Shown: positions 1-18,340 of the stretch, piece by piece
Numbering within the stretch: the stretch's first letter is position 1
Layout of the letters: the number at the start of each line of letters is the position of its first letter
NCBI RefSeq assembly: GCF_009914755.1
Contig: NC_060942.1
Reading direction: 5' to 3' (one strand)
Length of the DNA stretch: 64,000 nt
From: the human T2T-CHM13v2.0 reference genome, Homo sapiens
Translations under genes and position numbers: made by a program
The notes under the pieces: generated by a model
The model's input: only the letters and a program-made list of their open reading frames with translations
What the model was told of the DNA's origin: nothing
The model's database searches: none

Positions 1-123
1 ATGCTGACTGTACAGCCTGTCCCCTACCCAGTAATCAATATCCCCCCTTCTGTCAAAGCAAGCAACCAGTCCTAGGCTACTGAGGTATCTTTTCCTATGC
101 ATAAAGTGAAAGCAAATACTCCT

Positions 124-853
<730 letters not shown>

Positions 854-1860
854 CCAAGTTGGCTCCAAAATTATTTTTCTTATTTTCAACTCTCCTTTTA
901 GGTCTCCCCCTCAGGTCTGATAGGCAGCTAAGGGTTACAAACCTAGTTCTCAGACAACCCTTTTACAATCCCCACCTTGGTGGTCCAGAACTTGGGAGTA
1001 GGTGGCACCTATTGTTTTGTAATCAGTGCCAGAACTGATCACATTTTTTAACATCCTGTTCTTAATACTCTTGCAATACCTGTTGAGATAATTAAAAGCA
1101 CATTGGAATGTAACAAAGTCTGTGTCAGAAAATGTGGTAAAACTCTCTTTATACTGGTTCTAATACAATATTTTTATATGTGATATTACATGTACAAGCA
1201 AATCTTAAAAAAGGGAAAAGGTATATTACATTTGCATGCCAATATTAATGCACCTGAGTGTTTCCATCACAACACAAAATTTTAGTTGTACTATTAAAAG
1301 TGCATATCCAGGTGTATGACTTCCCTCTTCAATTACCTCAGTGACCACATGCATTCACATCCCTCCACAGAGCTCCATGGGACCATTTCAGAAGAATTCA
1401 TAGGCCCCCAAATAGTACTAAAATGGAGAATTTCCTTGTCACCAGAGACTTGGGGAATGAGCATAGACCTCTGGAAACTACTCTACTGTGTTTTTTCTCA
1501 TCTGTCTCCAATTTGTCTACAAGTGGCTAAATGTGATATAAAAGTAATTGCAAATAAAGTTGGCCTTAAGATTAATTATAATAACACAGCACAGTTTGGT
1601 TCTCTATAAAATATGTTAATATAAAGCCATTTGCTCTCTTCCATAGACATCTTTGTGTTTGTAATGCTTAATTTCCTTTACTTCTATTTAAAAAGAAAGA
1701 AAAAACATATGATGGGTGTAGAAACTATTCTACCCAAACTACTAATATATCATGAAAATATTTATTTCTTAATTTATCTTTACCTGGCAAAGCAAATTAT
1801 ATCATTCTAACACTTTTAGAACAAAACGGACCTTAGGAATAATTCGTTCCAAACTGCCTA

Positions 1861-4020
<2,160 letters not shown>

Positions 4021-4202
4021 TTTACATTGTTTGTTGGTCAAATGAATCATTCTTTCCTCTTGTATCATTCTTTCTTCTTAAGGTGCCCATGGTTCTACTT
4101 GGCGCCCATATTTCTTAAAAGAGAGTGGCATGACATATCTTGGGAAACAAAAGGGAGGAGCTGGCTCAAGCACAACCAGAGTAATTCCATCCACTGTGCC
4201 AA

Positions 4203-4756
4203 TGTTACAGGAAAAGGGTCCCAATACAGACCCCAAGAGAGGGTTCTTGAATCTCGCACAAGAAAGAATTCAGGGCGAGTCCATAGAGTAAAGTGAAAGC
4301 AAGTTTATTAAGAAAGTAGAGGAACAAAAGAATGGCTACTCCATAGACAGAGTAGCCCCGAAGGCTGCTGGTTGCCCATTTTTATGGTTATTTCTTAATG
4401 ACATGCTAAACAACAGGTGGATTATTCCTGCCTGCCCTTTTTAGACCTTATAGGGTAACTTCCTGATGTTGCCATGGCATCTGTAAACTGTCATGGCACT
4501 GCTGGGAGTGTAGCAGTGAGGACGACCAGAGTTCACTCTCGTGGCCATCTTGGTTTTGGTGGGATTTAGCCGGCTTCTTTACTGCAATCTGTTTCGTCAA
4601 TAAGGTCTTTATGACTTGTATCTTATGCTGACCTCCTATCTCATCCTGTGACTTAGAATGCTTTAACTGTCTGGGAATGCCGCTTAGTAGGTCTCAGCCT
4701 CATTTTGCCCAGTTCCTATTCAAGATGGAGTTGCTCGGGTTCAAACGCCTCTGACA
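4203..4756 (-). mobile_element. ERV1 solo LTR, MER41A-like (copy A)
   Basis: Reverse complement reads TGTCAGAGGCGTTTGAACC...CCCTTTTCCTGTAACA, 554 bp; 4-bp TSD CCAA/GCAA. Confidence 0.9.
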
Positions 4757-5288
4757 GCAAGACACATAAACAGCTGGAGAATGTTAAAGATGGCAGTGTG
4801 AAAGGTGACTGTAAACATCATCAAGCTCTATCCTTTTCAAACTTTGGAAACATGAAATTCCAAAGAAATGCCACAGGGCCCCCGCTAGGACCATTTGACT
4901 TCTGAGCAGGTGGTCCAGGACTCTACTGCAGCTTCAAACAGAATAGCTCAAATTTTATCTTTTTCTGTATTGGACTAACACAAAATGTTTACATAATGTT
5001 ACAAAATGTTTTCACTTTTATGTGTTTGCCCTCTTAAATTGCCCTTAACACTCATAAATTTGCCAACAAATGTTTAAGTGTACGGTACAGTAGATCATTA
5101 AGTACAATGTGCTAAACACGATGTACAGCAGGTCTCTAGAACTTGTTCAACTTACATCATGAGAACTCTTTACTCATTGAACAGCAATGGAGGGGGAAAT
5201 GGGGAGTTGCTGTTCAATGAGTATAAATGTTTCATATTTTTTAACGGGTTCCTTAAGCTGATCAAGAGCAATACACTTATTTATAAAA

Positions 5289-5303
5289 GCCACTAGATGG
5301 CCT
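5289..5303 (+). promoter_or_regulatory. Candidate CTCF motif
   Basis: GCCACTAGATGGCCT matches the CTCF core CCASYAGRKGGC; motif only, occupancy unknown. Confidence 0.4.
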
Positions 5304-5456
5304 CCACTTTCTTATCACCATCACTGTTTTGGCCTGCACTCAGTAAGAACTCCCTCAATGTGGCCTGAATTAATTAAGTCACTTGTCTGAGGTAGCACAG
5401 TTAGTGGCCAGGCTGGGACTGGAACCTAGGTCTCCAGATTCTCAAGTCAGTGTTAT

Positions 5457-7193
<1,737 letters not shown>

Positions 7194-7521
7194 TTATGAC
7201 TGCCATTGTCACACTGTCTACAGTTCTTATGGCACTATGTTTAATAATATCTGCTGGATAATTGCTCTAATCTCCTATTCCATGGAAAAACAGATGCACA
7301 CTTCAACTTTCTCCTTTAACATTTTCCAACTGTTTATGTGTCTTGCCACAGTGGATGGAATTACTGTGGTTGTACTGAAGCCAGCTCCTTCCTTTTGTAT
7401 ATTCAGTTCGTGGTTGGTCATGGCTGGCTGCCCTGGCTTTCTCCAAGACTGGCCTTACTGGGATGGGATACAGGGTCCCCTAGTGGCTGAACCTGAAGAG
7501 GACTGGCTATGGTAACAAGAG

Positions 7522-7827
7522 GTTTTGTTGTTGTTGTTGTTGTTGATACAGAGTCTCACTCTGTCGCCCAGGCTGGAGTGCAGTGGTGCAATCTCGGCAC
7601 ACTGCAACCTCTGTCTTCCAGGTTCAAGCGCTTCTCGTGCCTCAGCCTCCTGAGTAGCTGAAATTGTAGGCACCTGCCACCACACCCAGCTGATTTTTGT
7701 ATTTTTTAGTAGAGATGGGGTTTCGCCATGTTGGCCAGGCTGGTCTCGGACTCCTGACCTCAAGTGATGAGCCCACCTCAGCCTCTCAAAGTGCTGGGAT
7801 TACAGGCATGAACCATCACACCTGGCC
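7522..7827 (-). mobile_element. Alu SINE (AluS)
   Basis: Reverse Alu with (TTG)n tail. Confidence 0.93.
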
Positions 7828-7895
7828 AGTTTGTGCATTTCTAACGAGCTCTCAGGTGTTGTGATGCTGCTGGGCTGAGGACCACACTTCCAGTG
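7828..7895. mobile_element. MER5A-type hAT fragment
   Basis: TGCATTTCTAAC.AGCTCTCAGGTG...TGATGCTGCTGG...GGACCACACTT terminal motif. Confidence 0.55.
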
Positions 7896-8700
7896 GTCTA
7901 TCTGAAATTAGCAAGCAAGTCTCCAGAAAAGACCTAGAGGGAATAGAACACAGGGGATAAATCTGGTGACAATGATGCATGAGCTCTGGTCTCAGGAAGG
8001 CCAGCACTTGGGAGATTTCTATGGTGGGAGGCTCTGCAAATCCTCCAGGAAAGGCTTGAATATGGTTGCAAGCCACAGAAAAGGCAGGAAACCAAAACTT
8101 CCGTTTTGCTGGAAGCTGCCTGGGTTTACAAAAAATACACAACTGGGCTCAGAAAAGCAAACGGGTGAGTCTTCTAATGAACCATCTACATGCCTAGCAC
8201 CCACACGGGGATCAACGAGAGCCTAGAGTCCTGGACTGTTTAATAAGACCCACTTACTAGTCTCCCTTGACTTTCAAGTTAACACCTCACCGAGGTGACT
8301 TCGCATGCACTGGAGTGGCACCTAGCTCCATGGTGGCAGGAACATTATCTGATTGGAGATGATCATCATAAAGGCTTTGGGACAGGAGCATTTGCTAAGT
8401 TGGTTTCAGTGAGACTTTCACAAAGCTCCTTAAGCAGTTTGCCTCATAGCAGGCAATATTCAGTCTTCCTCCCTCTGTGGCGTTATGCGGGGGCTTGGAG
8501 CTTCATTAGCCTCAGTTTAATTTTTACCAGATCCCTGCTGAGCATACACAAAAGCAATTTTTTTAATTGCCTATTTTTTTATATTTTGTGCTTTTCTTTC
8601 TTCTTCTTTTCTTTCATTCAAAAAAATTTATACAAATATTTTTGCATAAAAGAGATGAGTCATTGGTGAAGTTTGAAGTTTTGTTTGTAGGGTGTTTTTA

Positions 8701-9147
<447 letters not shown>

Positions 9148-9248
9148 TTATTCATTACTTTGCTACATAAAGTATAAATTTAATTTCTGGAAATGATAGT
9201 TATATTTAATGCTCATCTTGCAAATATCTTTTATTAAAGATAAACATT

Positions 9249-9582
<334 letters not shown>

Positions 9583-9706
9583 TTACAAGCTTGAGACAAA
9601 CCACAGATAACTTCATTTTTAATTTTCTGAGTTTGTTGACAGCACTTTTCCTTTCTAATCCTTTCTTGAAGATCCAGGATTGGGTAAAAGAGGGGTTTCA
9701 ATTAGT

Positions 9707-9920
9707 CAGGAGTTGGCCTTCCTCTTCACAGAAAAAAAACAAATGTTTTGCTGGCATTTGGTACATTGCAGAGGGTTTTCTCTGGCTCTGATCTACAGTT
9801 GCTATGTTGAGGAGTCTTCCTGTTTCTATTATATCACTGAGAAGTTCATGTTATTTTAAAATGTCCCCTGCCACAGCCTCGATTCTCCCGAGGAGCATAT
9901 TCCTTTCCATAGAATGGGCA
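9707..9920 (-). pseudogene. Possible decayed TRIM RING-end/B-box fragment (speculative)
   Basis: Manual minus-strand translation gives CPFY, then (frameshift) *HELLSDIIETGRLL...YQMPAKHLFFFCEEEGQLL; resembles TRIM linker and B-box 2 spacing, but most zinc ligands are missing. Confidence 0.2.
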
Positions 9921-10897
9921 TTTTTCGAACTTAATATCTTACATTTGATTACCATTGGTGCATATTTAAATGTTGTCTTGCTCATCTTGTTTATTACATA
10001 TATGTATTAAAAACTAATAAAAGCAAAATAATACAAAAAATGAGCATTTCATTTTGGCATCCTCCCTATTACAAAACCCTGCAGATGTTTGGCTGCCTGT
10101 GATATATTTTGGGGGGTGGAATTTGCAACTGCTATAATTAAGCAATACCATTAAGTCACCCGAGAGTAAATTAGAAGCTAAACTGGTGCTGTGTGCTCAG
10201 GAACCCAAGATTATGGGCTGAGATCTCTATTCAGTGTATGAAGTCAGCTCCCTTCAAATTGATTCTGAAATAAAAGGTGTTATTTCTATTCCCCACCCCC
10301 AAAATACATAAGTGTATTAAACATGTCCCTAATATTGATTTGGCATGCCAGTTGTAATCTTAAATTGTAGGGGGAAAATGTTTTTGTAAATAGAGCTATT
10401 TCTGTTTTGCTACTACTGTTTCAGCCGTAATGGGCAAGAGAAGTGTGTAGGTCTGGATTATTTCCAAGGATTTGGCTGGGTTTCACTGATTCAGTAGTGG
10501 TTAAAAAAAAAAAAAGAAAGAAAGAAAGAAAAGAAAAAGAAATCAGGAGAAAGAAATAGGGAAAAAATAGTCCCAGTATATATTGTTGCAATTAGAATTG
10601 GATAGTTAATGTTACTTTTCAGAGTCTTCCTTACATAATACTATCTGAAGCAAGACCATCAAATCCCAACAACCCAAAATACAAATTGTCAGCCATCTGA
10701 GTAGAACATTGCTACAATGATTGTCACCAATGGCAGTTTAAGCAACCTATAATCAAATATACCCAGAATATTAACAATTAAAAACATGTTGAATTGTCTA
10801 ATATAATTAAAAGATATAACCTTGAACACACCATCATGCTAAGCTCCTCTCTTCAAAGACAATTTAAGTTGACCAGACTAAGACAAAATGATTATCT

Positions 10898-11066
10898 AGC
10901 CCCTTGATACTCAAAGTGTGGTCTTTGGAACAGTATCAGGAGTACAGTGTGAGAATTTGTTGGAAATCCAGAATCTTAGGCCCCACCCATGGCCTACCAA
11001 ATCAGAATCTACATTTTAACAAGATCGCGCAGTGATTCGTGAGCATATTTACATTTGAAAAGTACA
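10898..11066. mobile_element. MER5A hAT-Charlie element
   Basis: CTCAAAGTGTGGTC...AGAATCTTAGGCCCCACCC...AATCAGAATCTACATTTTAACAAGATC. Confidence 0.75.
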
Positions 11067-11493
11067 TAGACCCTTTACTGCCTATCTGCTTTTGGATACC
11101 TCATTTGGCCTAAATTCACAAAGCCTTTTGGTCACCAACTGCAGTGTCTCCATTGAATCTTTTCCCCACCTTTCCACTTGTCAATCCTTCTTTGACTTTG
11201 ATGACATGGCTGATCTTCTAAAAGCCACACTTTATTCTGGCAGCTTTCCAGAATTCCTTACAAATACCCACCGTACAGAGGATTGAACATCCTCTCTCGT
11301 CTTTCCAGAACAGCTTTCACTGAGGTTCTTAGAGAAATGTTGACAAGATATTAATGCTGTAAACATTTTCAATTTAGTCCTTAGACTGATCTTTTATGCA
11401 CTTGAATTGTTATGACAAATTGCTTTTATCTTCATAGCTGTCATATGTCTCTCCAATCTCACAATCTGTGGCAAATTGGCAACCCAAGTTTAG

Positions 11494-11880
<387 letters not shown>

Positions 11881-12227
11881 AGTTTATGAAGTTTTCCATT
11901 CTTGTTTCAGTTTTTCTTCTACAGATACTACTCTGCTTTGCTTCTTCATTAGTCTGGACTTAATCCATTTTTATCTGGCAGTCTTTATGCAGAGGGAACT
12001 TCTTTTTAAAGTAACATTTGTGACCATTCAGGAGTGTGTCTTCCCCAGAACAACTCCGAAGGCTTTCTTCCACGCCCTTCTCAAGCTTCCACTTTTTCGC
12101 TCTTCCTTATCAACAGAGATGGATTAATGTTTCCCATTCTCCATGATTTTGTTGGAAGGTTGCAAAGGGTATCAACATATGAGGGCATATACCCTCTAAT
12201 GTTTTGCTTTAAGAAAAAGGGAGACAA

Positions 12228-12567
<340 letters not shown>

Positions 12568-15500
12568 CTAAAGGTAAAAAAAGATTTAATTATGGCAAAG
12601 TCCAATCAACCACTAATGGTAACTAGTATATCAACCAAAAGGTCAAAGTCAGCTTTGTAGCTGAGCCAGCCTCTATAGATTCTTCTCCTTCTCTCCCAAA
12701 ATATGCTTGCTTTTCAGTTGCCATCATGATTATATTCAATATAATATTTTGCTACATAGTGTTTGCTTTTATTTCTAGCTGGCATTTCAGTATAGCCATG
12801 ACTTTCACAGTCTCAAGATCATGTATCACCTGAGAAAATAATGAGCCAAAATGCTTGAGTCCAGGAGAAATTTCTACAGAGCTGTCTTTTGACTGTGTTC
12901 ACACAGAGTGTGGTGTTTCTTGTCATGGGATAATAATCTGAGAAACAACATCTGGCCAGATCCACTACTTGGTTTCAAACTGCACACTACTTTAATATGT
13001 TAGAATAAACATTCCTTGAGTGCCTATTACACACAAGGAACAAAAGAACAGAGGAACAACTCTTACAGCTAAGTTATTTTGTCTTATTTCTTCAAGACTT
13101 TTCTTCTCAAATCCATCACGAGGGCCTCCCATCCAATTTGAAAGGTCTCTGTGGCTGTCCCCACTCCTGGAAGTGTTCACATCAGCCCTGGGAACACTAT
13201 CAATTCAGGAGAGGCCTTGAATATGGCTTTTCAACTCCCCATGGAAGCACTCTCCCAACCATCTCAAAGAGCAGAGCTCTTGATAGCAAATCAAACATAA
13301 TTTTAGTTAATATGTTTCTTAGTCATCTCAGTTTAATTTTTTGCCCTCCTCCCTCCATGGGCCGTTTTTCATACGACTTCCAATGGTATGAACAATTTCC
13401 CAGCCTCTTGAAACTCTATGTGCTTAGCACTGTGGGACCTAATCAGGTTTTCTGAGCAGCTCCATGCTGTGTTCTTAGCACTCTGGGGCAGTGGAAGACA
13501 GCTCTAAACTAAACTGGGGGAAAATATGTTTTCCCTCCCCTATTCCCAAGTCTGTAGTTGGCTCTCAACAAGTTTGCTTCTGATATAGTAGCCAGTTATA
13601 AAACCTTATCCTCATATTGAGAATCACTGCCCTCAAGACACATCCAAAGATGCTGAGAGACTTCTGATATCCGACAGTGATTTGTGAGAGACAAAGGAGG
13701 GAGCACTCAAGACAGCAAGTCTCTGTGCTGGATGCTGGATTTGTGTATCATTGGCTGGGCAGAGACATGCGCATGGGCAAGTAAAATCTCATTTTGGCAA
13801 AAGCCCTATCAGTTTAAGCTATCTGCTGCAATGTGGACTATTTGTCCAACTGAGACGTTCTTTAACTTGGAGGGACTCTTCATTCTATTCTCCTCAATGC
13901 TCCCTGGTAAATTTTTTCTTTTCCACATGGTAAGTTTTTGGTTTCTAAGCCTTTTTTTCTAAGCTTGCCTGGAGCTTCATACAACCACTTTTATAAAGGA
14001 GGATTACCAAGAGAGAATATGCAAACAGAATTATAAAGTTTCGACAAACGCTGACTGATTTGAAAACTAGAAACAAGTTCGAGTCAGCCATTACGATTTA
14101 GAAAAACAAACCTCACTTAGAATAATAGGATGCTCTGATTCATTCCCTACTTTATACTTTGTAAATTAGGCTGCCGTGCTCATTATTCACCCCTCAGGGT
14201 TGGCAAGAAGAGCACTGGCACCCTAGGTAATATTTTTTGGCAACCCCTCCCCAAAACAACAAAGCCAGTCCCCCACCGCTCTCTCCTCTCCATTCCTCAG
14301 GTCGCCCCATCTCTCTAATTGGTATTCATCCAACGCTGAACAGTAGCTATCAGTACTTGATGATTAACAGCCTTGTGAGACCTTATGATAGCAGCAAGAG
14401 TTGGCTCTTGTATCCACCATTTAAAAGGGATGCATGAATGTGAGATTCTTGTTTCAAAGAGGTACAGATGGATGGCATTGTGTTGCCACCATCTGAATGG
14501 GTAGCAGGAACAAGGGATGTGTAGTTCAACAAAGTGAAGAGGAACACCACAATCCCTCTGCAGTGTTCCCCGCAGCATCGCCATATCCTGGGTAACTTTT
14601 AAAGCTTGATCTGAGTCTGCATCACTCAAACATGAATCAACCACTTGATTGTTTAGTGTTGAAATGCCCCTTTGCATTTCAAAGGGCCTTACAATCCTCA
14701 CTTTTCCCACATTCTGACTTCTGTGCCATCACACCCCTTTTACTCCCACCAACCCCAAATTCAGAATTCCCAACTCCCTATCTTATAACACCTTCACTGA
14801 GTCATAGGACATTGGATGTTCATCTCTACTGATAGACTAACTAGAGAGCAGCCCAGAGGTACATGCAGAAATCTACTTCTCTTCTGAATGGCCCTGAAAG
14901 TCTAGTTATGAAGAATTTTGCATGTAAGGATTATGCTTCCACCATATGGGGCTCTTTGCTTTGCAGTGAGTTGGGCACAGGATTTCAGAAACATGTTTTG
15001 GGTCTCATGGAACTACCAAGTATTGTTTGGATTGCACCAGATTTTACAAGCCATCGAGTAAATTGTAAATACTTCTGGATACTGGTGCACATTTTATAAA
15101 TAATTCTGGCAGGGTTTTAATTCTCTAGGACTTGAGGGGTTTGTTATATTCAATTTTGTATTATTTGTTCATTTCCATGTGGCCTTATTTCTGCAAACAC
15201 AATTTCTTGAAAAATGGAATTAAGTCCAGATTTGGCAAATACAAAGGGATGATATGTAACATTTCTCTCATAAAGTGGTTCTGAGCAAAGGCAAAATGAA
15301 CTCATTTATACTTAGTAAAACATCATTGTAAATTTATATATAAACATCAAAAGACAAACTGATATTTTAAATTTCATCAGTCTTTACAGTTGCTATTCTA
15401 GCATGTCTTTAGAGTGACAAGAACTCTCTCTTTTGGTCAGTTTTAGACCCAGAACCTCACAGGGCCAATACATTTGACTAGAGGAGGCAATGATTAAGGG

Positions 15501-15615
15501 GCACCAGTGACAAATTCCCTTCAGAAGAACTATTTCTTTTCAGAATACTTCACACTTAACTATCTGCACTGATTCTGCAGAGTGACCCAAGGAGAGAGAA
15601 AATGGCTCTACTGCC

Positions 15616-15764
15616 TTTTTTTTCTTTAAGAGATGGAGTCTCACTCTGGAGTGCAGTGACAGGATCATAGCTCACTGCAGCCTCGACCTCCTTGGCTCAA
15701 GTGATCCTCCCACCTCAGGATCCCAAAGTGTTGGGATTATAGCCGTGAGCCACTGTGCCTGGCC
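15616..15764 (-). mobile_element. FLAM/AluJ monomer-like fragment
   Basis: GCTCAAGTGATCCTCCCACCTCAG...CCCAAAGTGTTGGGATTATAG. Confidence 0.8.
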
Positions 15765-15796
15765 ACTACTACCTAATGTTTAAAAAAATTCTGAGC

Positions 15797-16109
<313 letters not shown>

Positions 16110-16139
16110 TTATGTTCTCTCTGCCTAAAATACTCTTGA

Positions 16140-16502
16140 AGCAGATGTCGTGATGGGAGCCCTTCCTGGCCTCCTACTTAAAATTGTAACCCCTCTAGCC
16201 TGAATCCCAATCCTCCTTTTCTGCTTTATTCTTCCCCAGGCCACTGCACACACACACATCCACACACGTGCGCGCACACACACACAAACACGCACTCCTT
16301 ACTAGAAATCTCCTTGAGGAAACAGATTTTTGTCTTTTTTAAAGTTCACTCTACAAAAATAAAAAGTAAAATAAAGTTCAGTCTAAAGTTTTAAAGTTCA
16401 CTCTGAAGTTTTAAAGATCACTCTGACGTTCCCCAGTTCCTGGAATAGTGCCTAGCACAGGAGACACACTCAATAAGTATTTGTTGAATAATCAAATGAA
16501 TG
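16140..16502 (+). mobile_element. L2 LINE 3' end with embedded (CA)n and 20-bp tandem repeat
   Basis: CCTGGAATAGTGCCTAGCACA...CTCAATAAGTATTTGTTGAAT..ATGAATG L2 terminus. Confidence 0.7.
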
Positions 16503-16859
16503 CAAACCCATAAACAACATATGTACAAAAACACACTCTTAAAACCACACCTTTAGTGTAGAGCCTACACTTCAATATTCACTTTTCCCCAGACTTTGTT
16601 TCATTAGGACTAAGCCTGTATTTGATATTTCTTTTAGCCTGCTTTCATCTCTATAGAAAAGTCTGAGGTGGGAAAAAATGGATTTCCTGAATTCTGCACT
16701 TGACTGGAAGTAATTAGCCAAGCTTTTTATATGACTACTGAATGGCTTTATTTCCTCAACAGCCTCCCTCTTCAAGTCCTTCAGTATGCACTGACTGTCT
16801 CCACCAGGCCACACAACACCACTGCAATTCTTGCTCAATCACTAAATCCACATGGACAA

Positions 16860-16955
16860 TTCTCTTTCTCTCTTTTTTCTTAATTTTTCTTTCTTTCCTT
16901 CCTTCCTTCCTTCCTTCCTTCCTCCCTCCCTCCCTCCCTTCCTTCCTTTTCCTTT
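16860..16955. repeat. (CCTT)n/(CCCT)n polypyrimidine microsatellite
   Basis: Directly visible. Confidence 0.95.
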
Positions 16956-17899
16956 TTTGTAGCCAACATACCACATTTGCTGGGTTGGCAGCTCACTTCA
17001 TTGCATACATCTTGCCCTCCTGGCTTCTAAATGCTGTCTCCCTGATTTCTGGCTAATCTTCAGCCGGCTGTGCACATCCATTAAATGCTAGATTATTCAG
17101 GGCTCGACCTATCACCTATAATCAATGACTCCCAAATGTCTGCCTCCAGCTCAGCTCTTGCCTCTCAGTTTCACGCTTGTATTTCTACCTGCTCATGTGT
17201 CACCTCCCCTTGCTGTCCCACAGCCACCACCCCCGGGGCCCACATACCCAGAACCGTCCTGCTCGTCTCCAGGTGCTCTCACGGGAGGGCATCACCATCT
17301 GCCCGCTTGACCAGTTAAAAACCTTGGACCTTCCTCTCACCCTCAAACTACCTCCATGTGAGAGTAGTCAGCAAACCAAGGGCAAAAGCAGAGGCTTTAC
17401 GGGGGCAGAGCAAAGCCAGGCTTGAACCTAAACTCTGTGAGATCTTGGGCAAATCACTTACACTCTCTGAGCCTTAACCTTCTCACATGTAAAGTGGAGA
17501 TATTTATTATCTAATACAATATCTGGCTTTAAATTTGTCATAAGGCCTCATTTAATCATTTTACAAAAAGGTACGCATCAGGTGCTATGCTAGGCAGTAG
17601 GGTTTAACAGTGAATAAAGTAAGCTGCTGCTCTCTGGAACAAGTGAGATAATGAGGTACAGCTTTTTATCCTTAATCTAACAGAGCTCAGAACACAGAGA
17701 ATAGTTTCCATTCTCAGCAAATGGAAGCTATTTTTATTATTATCCCAGTCACTATGATCTATTAAATCTACCCTATCAATACATATTAAATCCATACCAA
17801 CCCCCTTCTTCCTGCCCCACCCCCCACCTCAGTTCAGGCTCTTAATATTTTTTGCCTGAATTATTTGCTGGAATTTCTCACCTTCTAAAATGTTTTCCA

Positions 17900-18189
17900 G
17901 GCCAGGCACAGAGGCTCAGGCCTGTAATCGTAACACTTTGGGAGGCCAAGACGGGCAGATCACCTGAGGTCAGGAGTTCAAGACCAGTCTGGCCAACATG
18001 GTGAAACCCTGTCTCTACTAAAAATACAAAAATTAGCCAGGTGTAGTGGCATGTGCTTGTAGTTCCAGCTACTCAGGAGGCTGAGGCAGGAGAATCGCTT
18101 GAACCCAGGACAGGGAGGTCGCAGTGAGCCGAGATCACGCCATTGCACTCCAGCCTGCGTGACAGAGTGAGACTCCTTCTCAAAAAAAA
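17900..18189 (+). mobile_element. Alu SINE (AluSx-like)
   Basis: Full Alu consensus. Confidence 0.93.
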
Positions 18190-18214
18190 GCTTTTCCTAC
18201 TACCATTTGTACCA

Positions 18215-18340
18215 CGGTGTTCATGCAAATATTTAAGCACCTACCTTGTGTTAAGCACTATTTAAAAATCTGAGGCCATGACAGTGAACAAAACAGACCC
18301 CAAAAATTCTTGCTGTCATGGAAGTGACATCCAAGTGGGT
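18215..18340 (-). mobile_element. L2 LINE 3' fragment
   Basis: CAAATATTTAAGCACCTAC...CAGTGAACAAAACAGAC...TCATGGAAGTGACATCCAAGTGGG. Confidence 0.6.
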
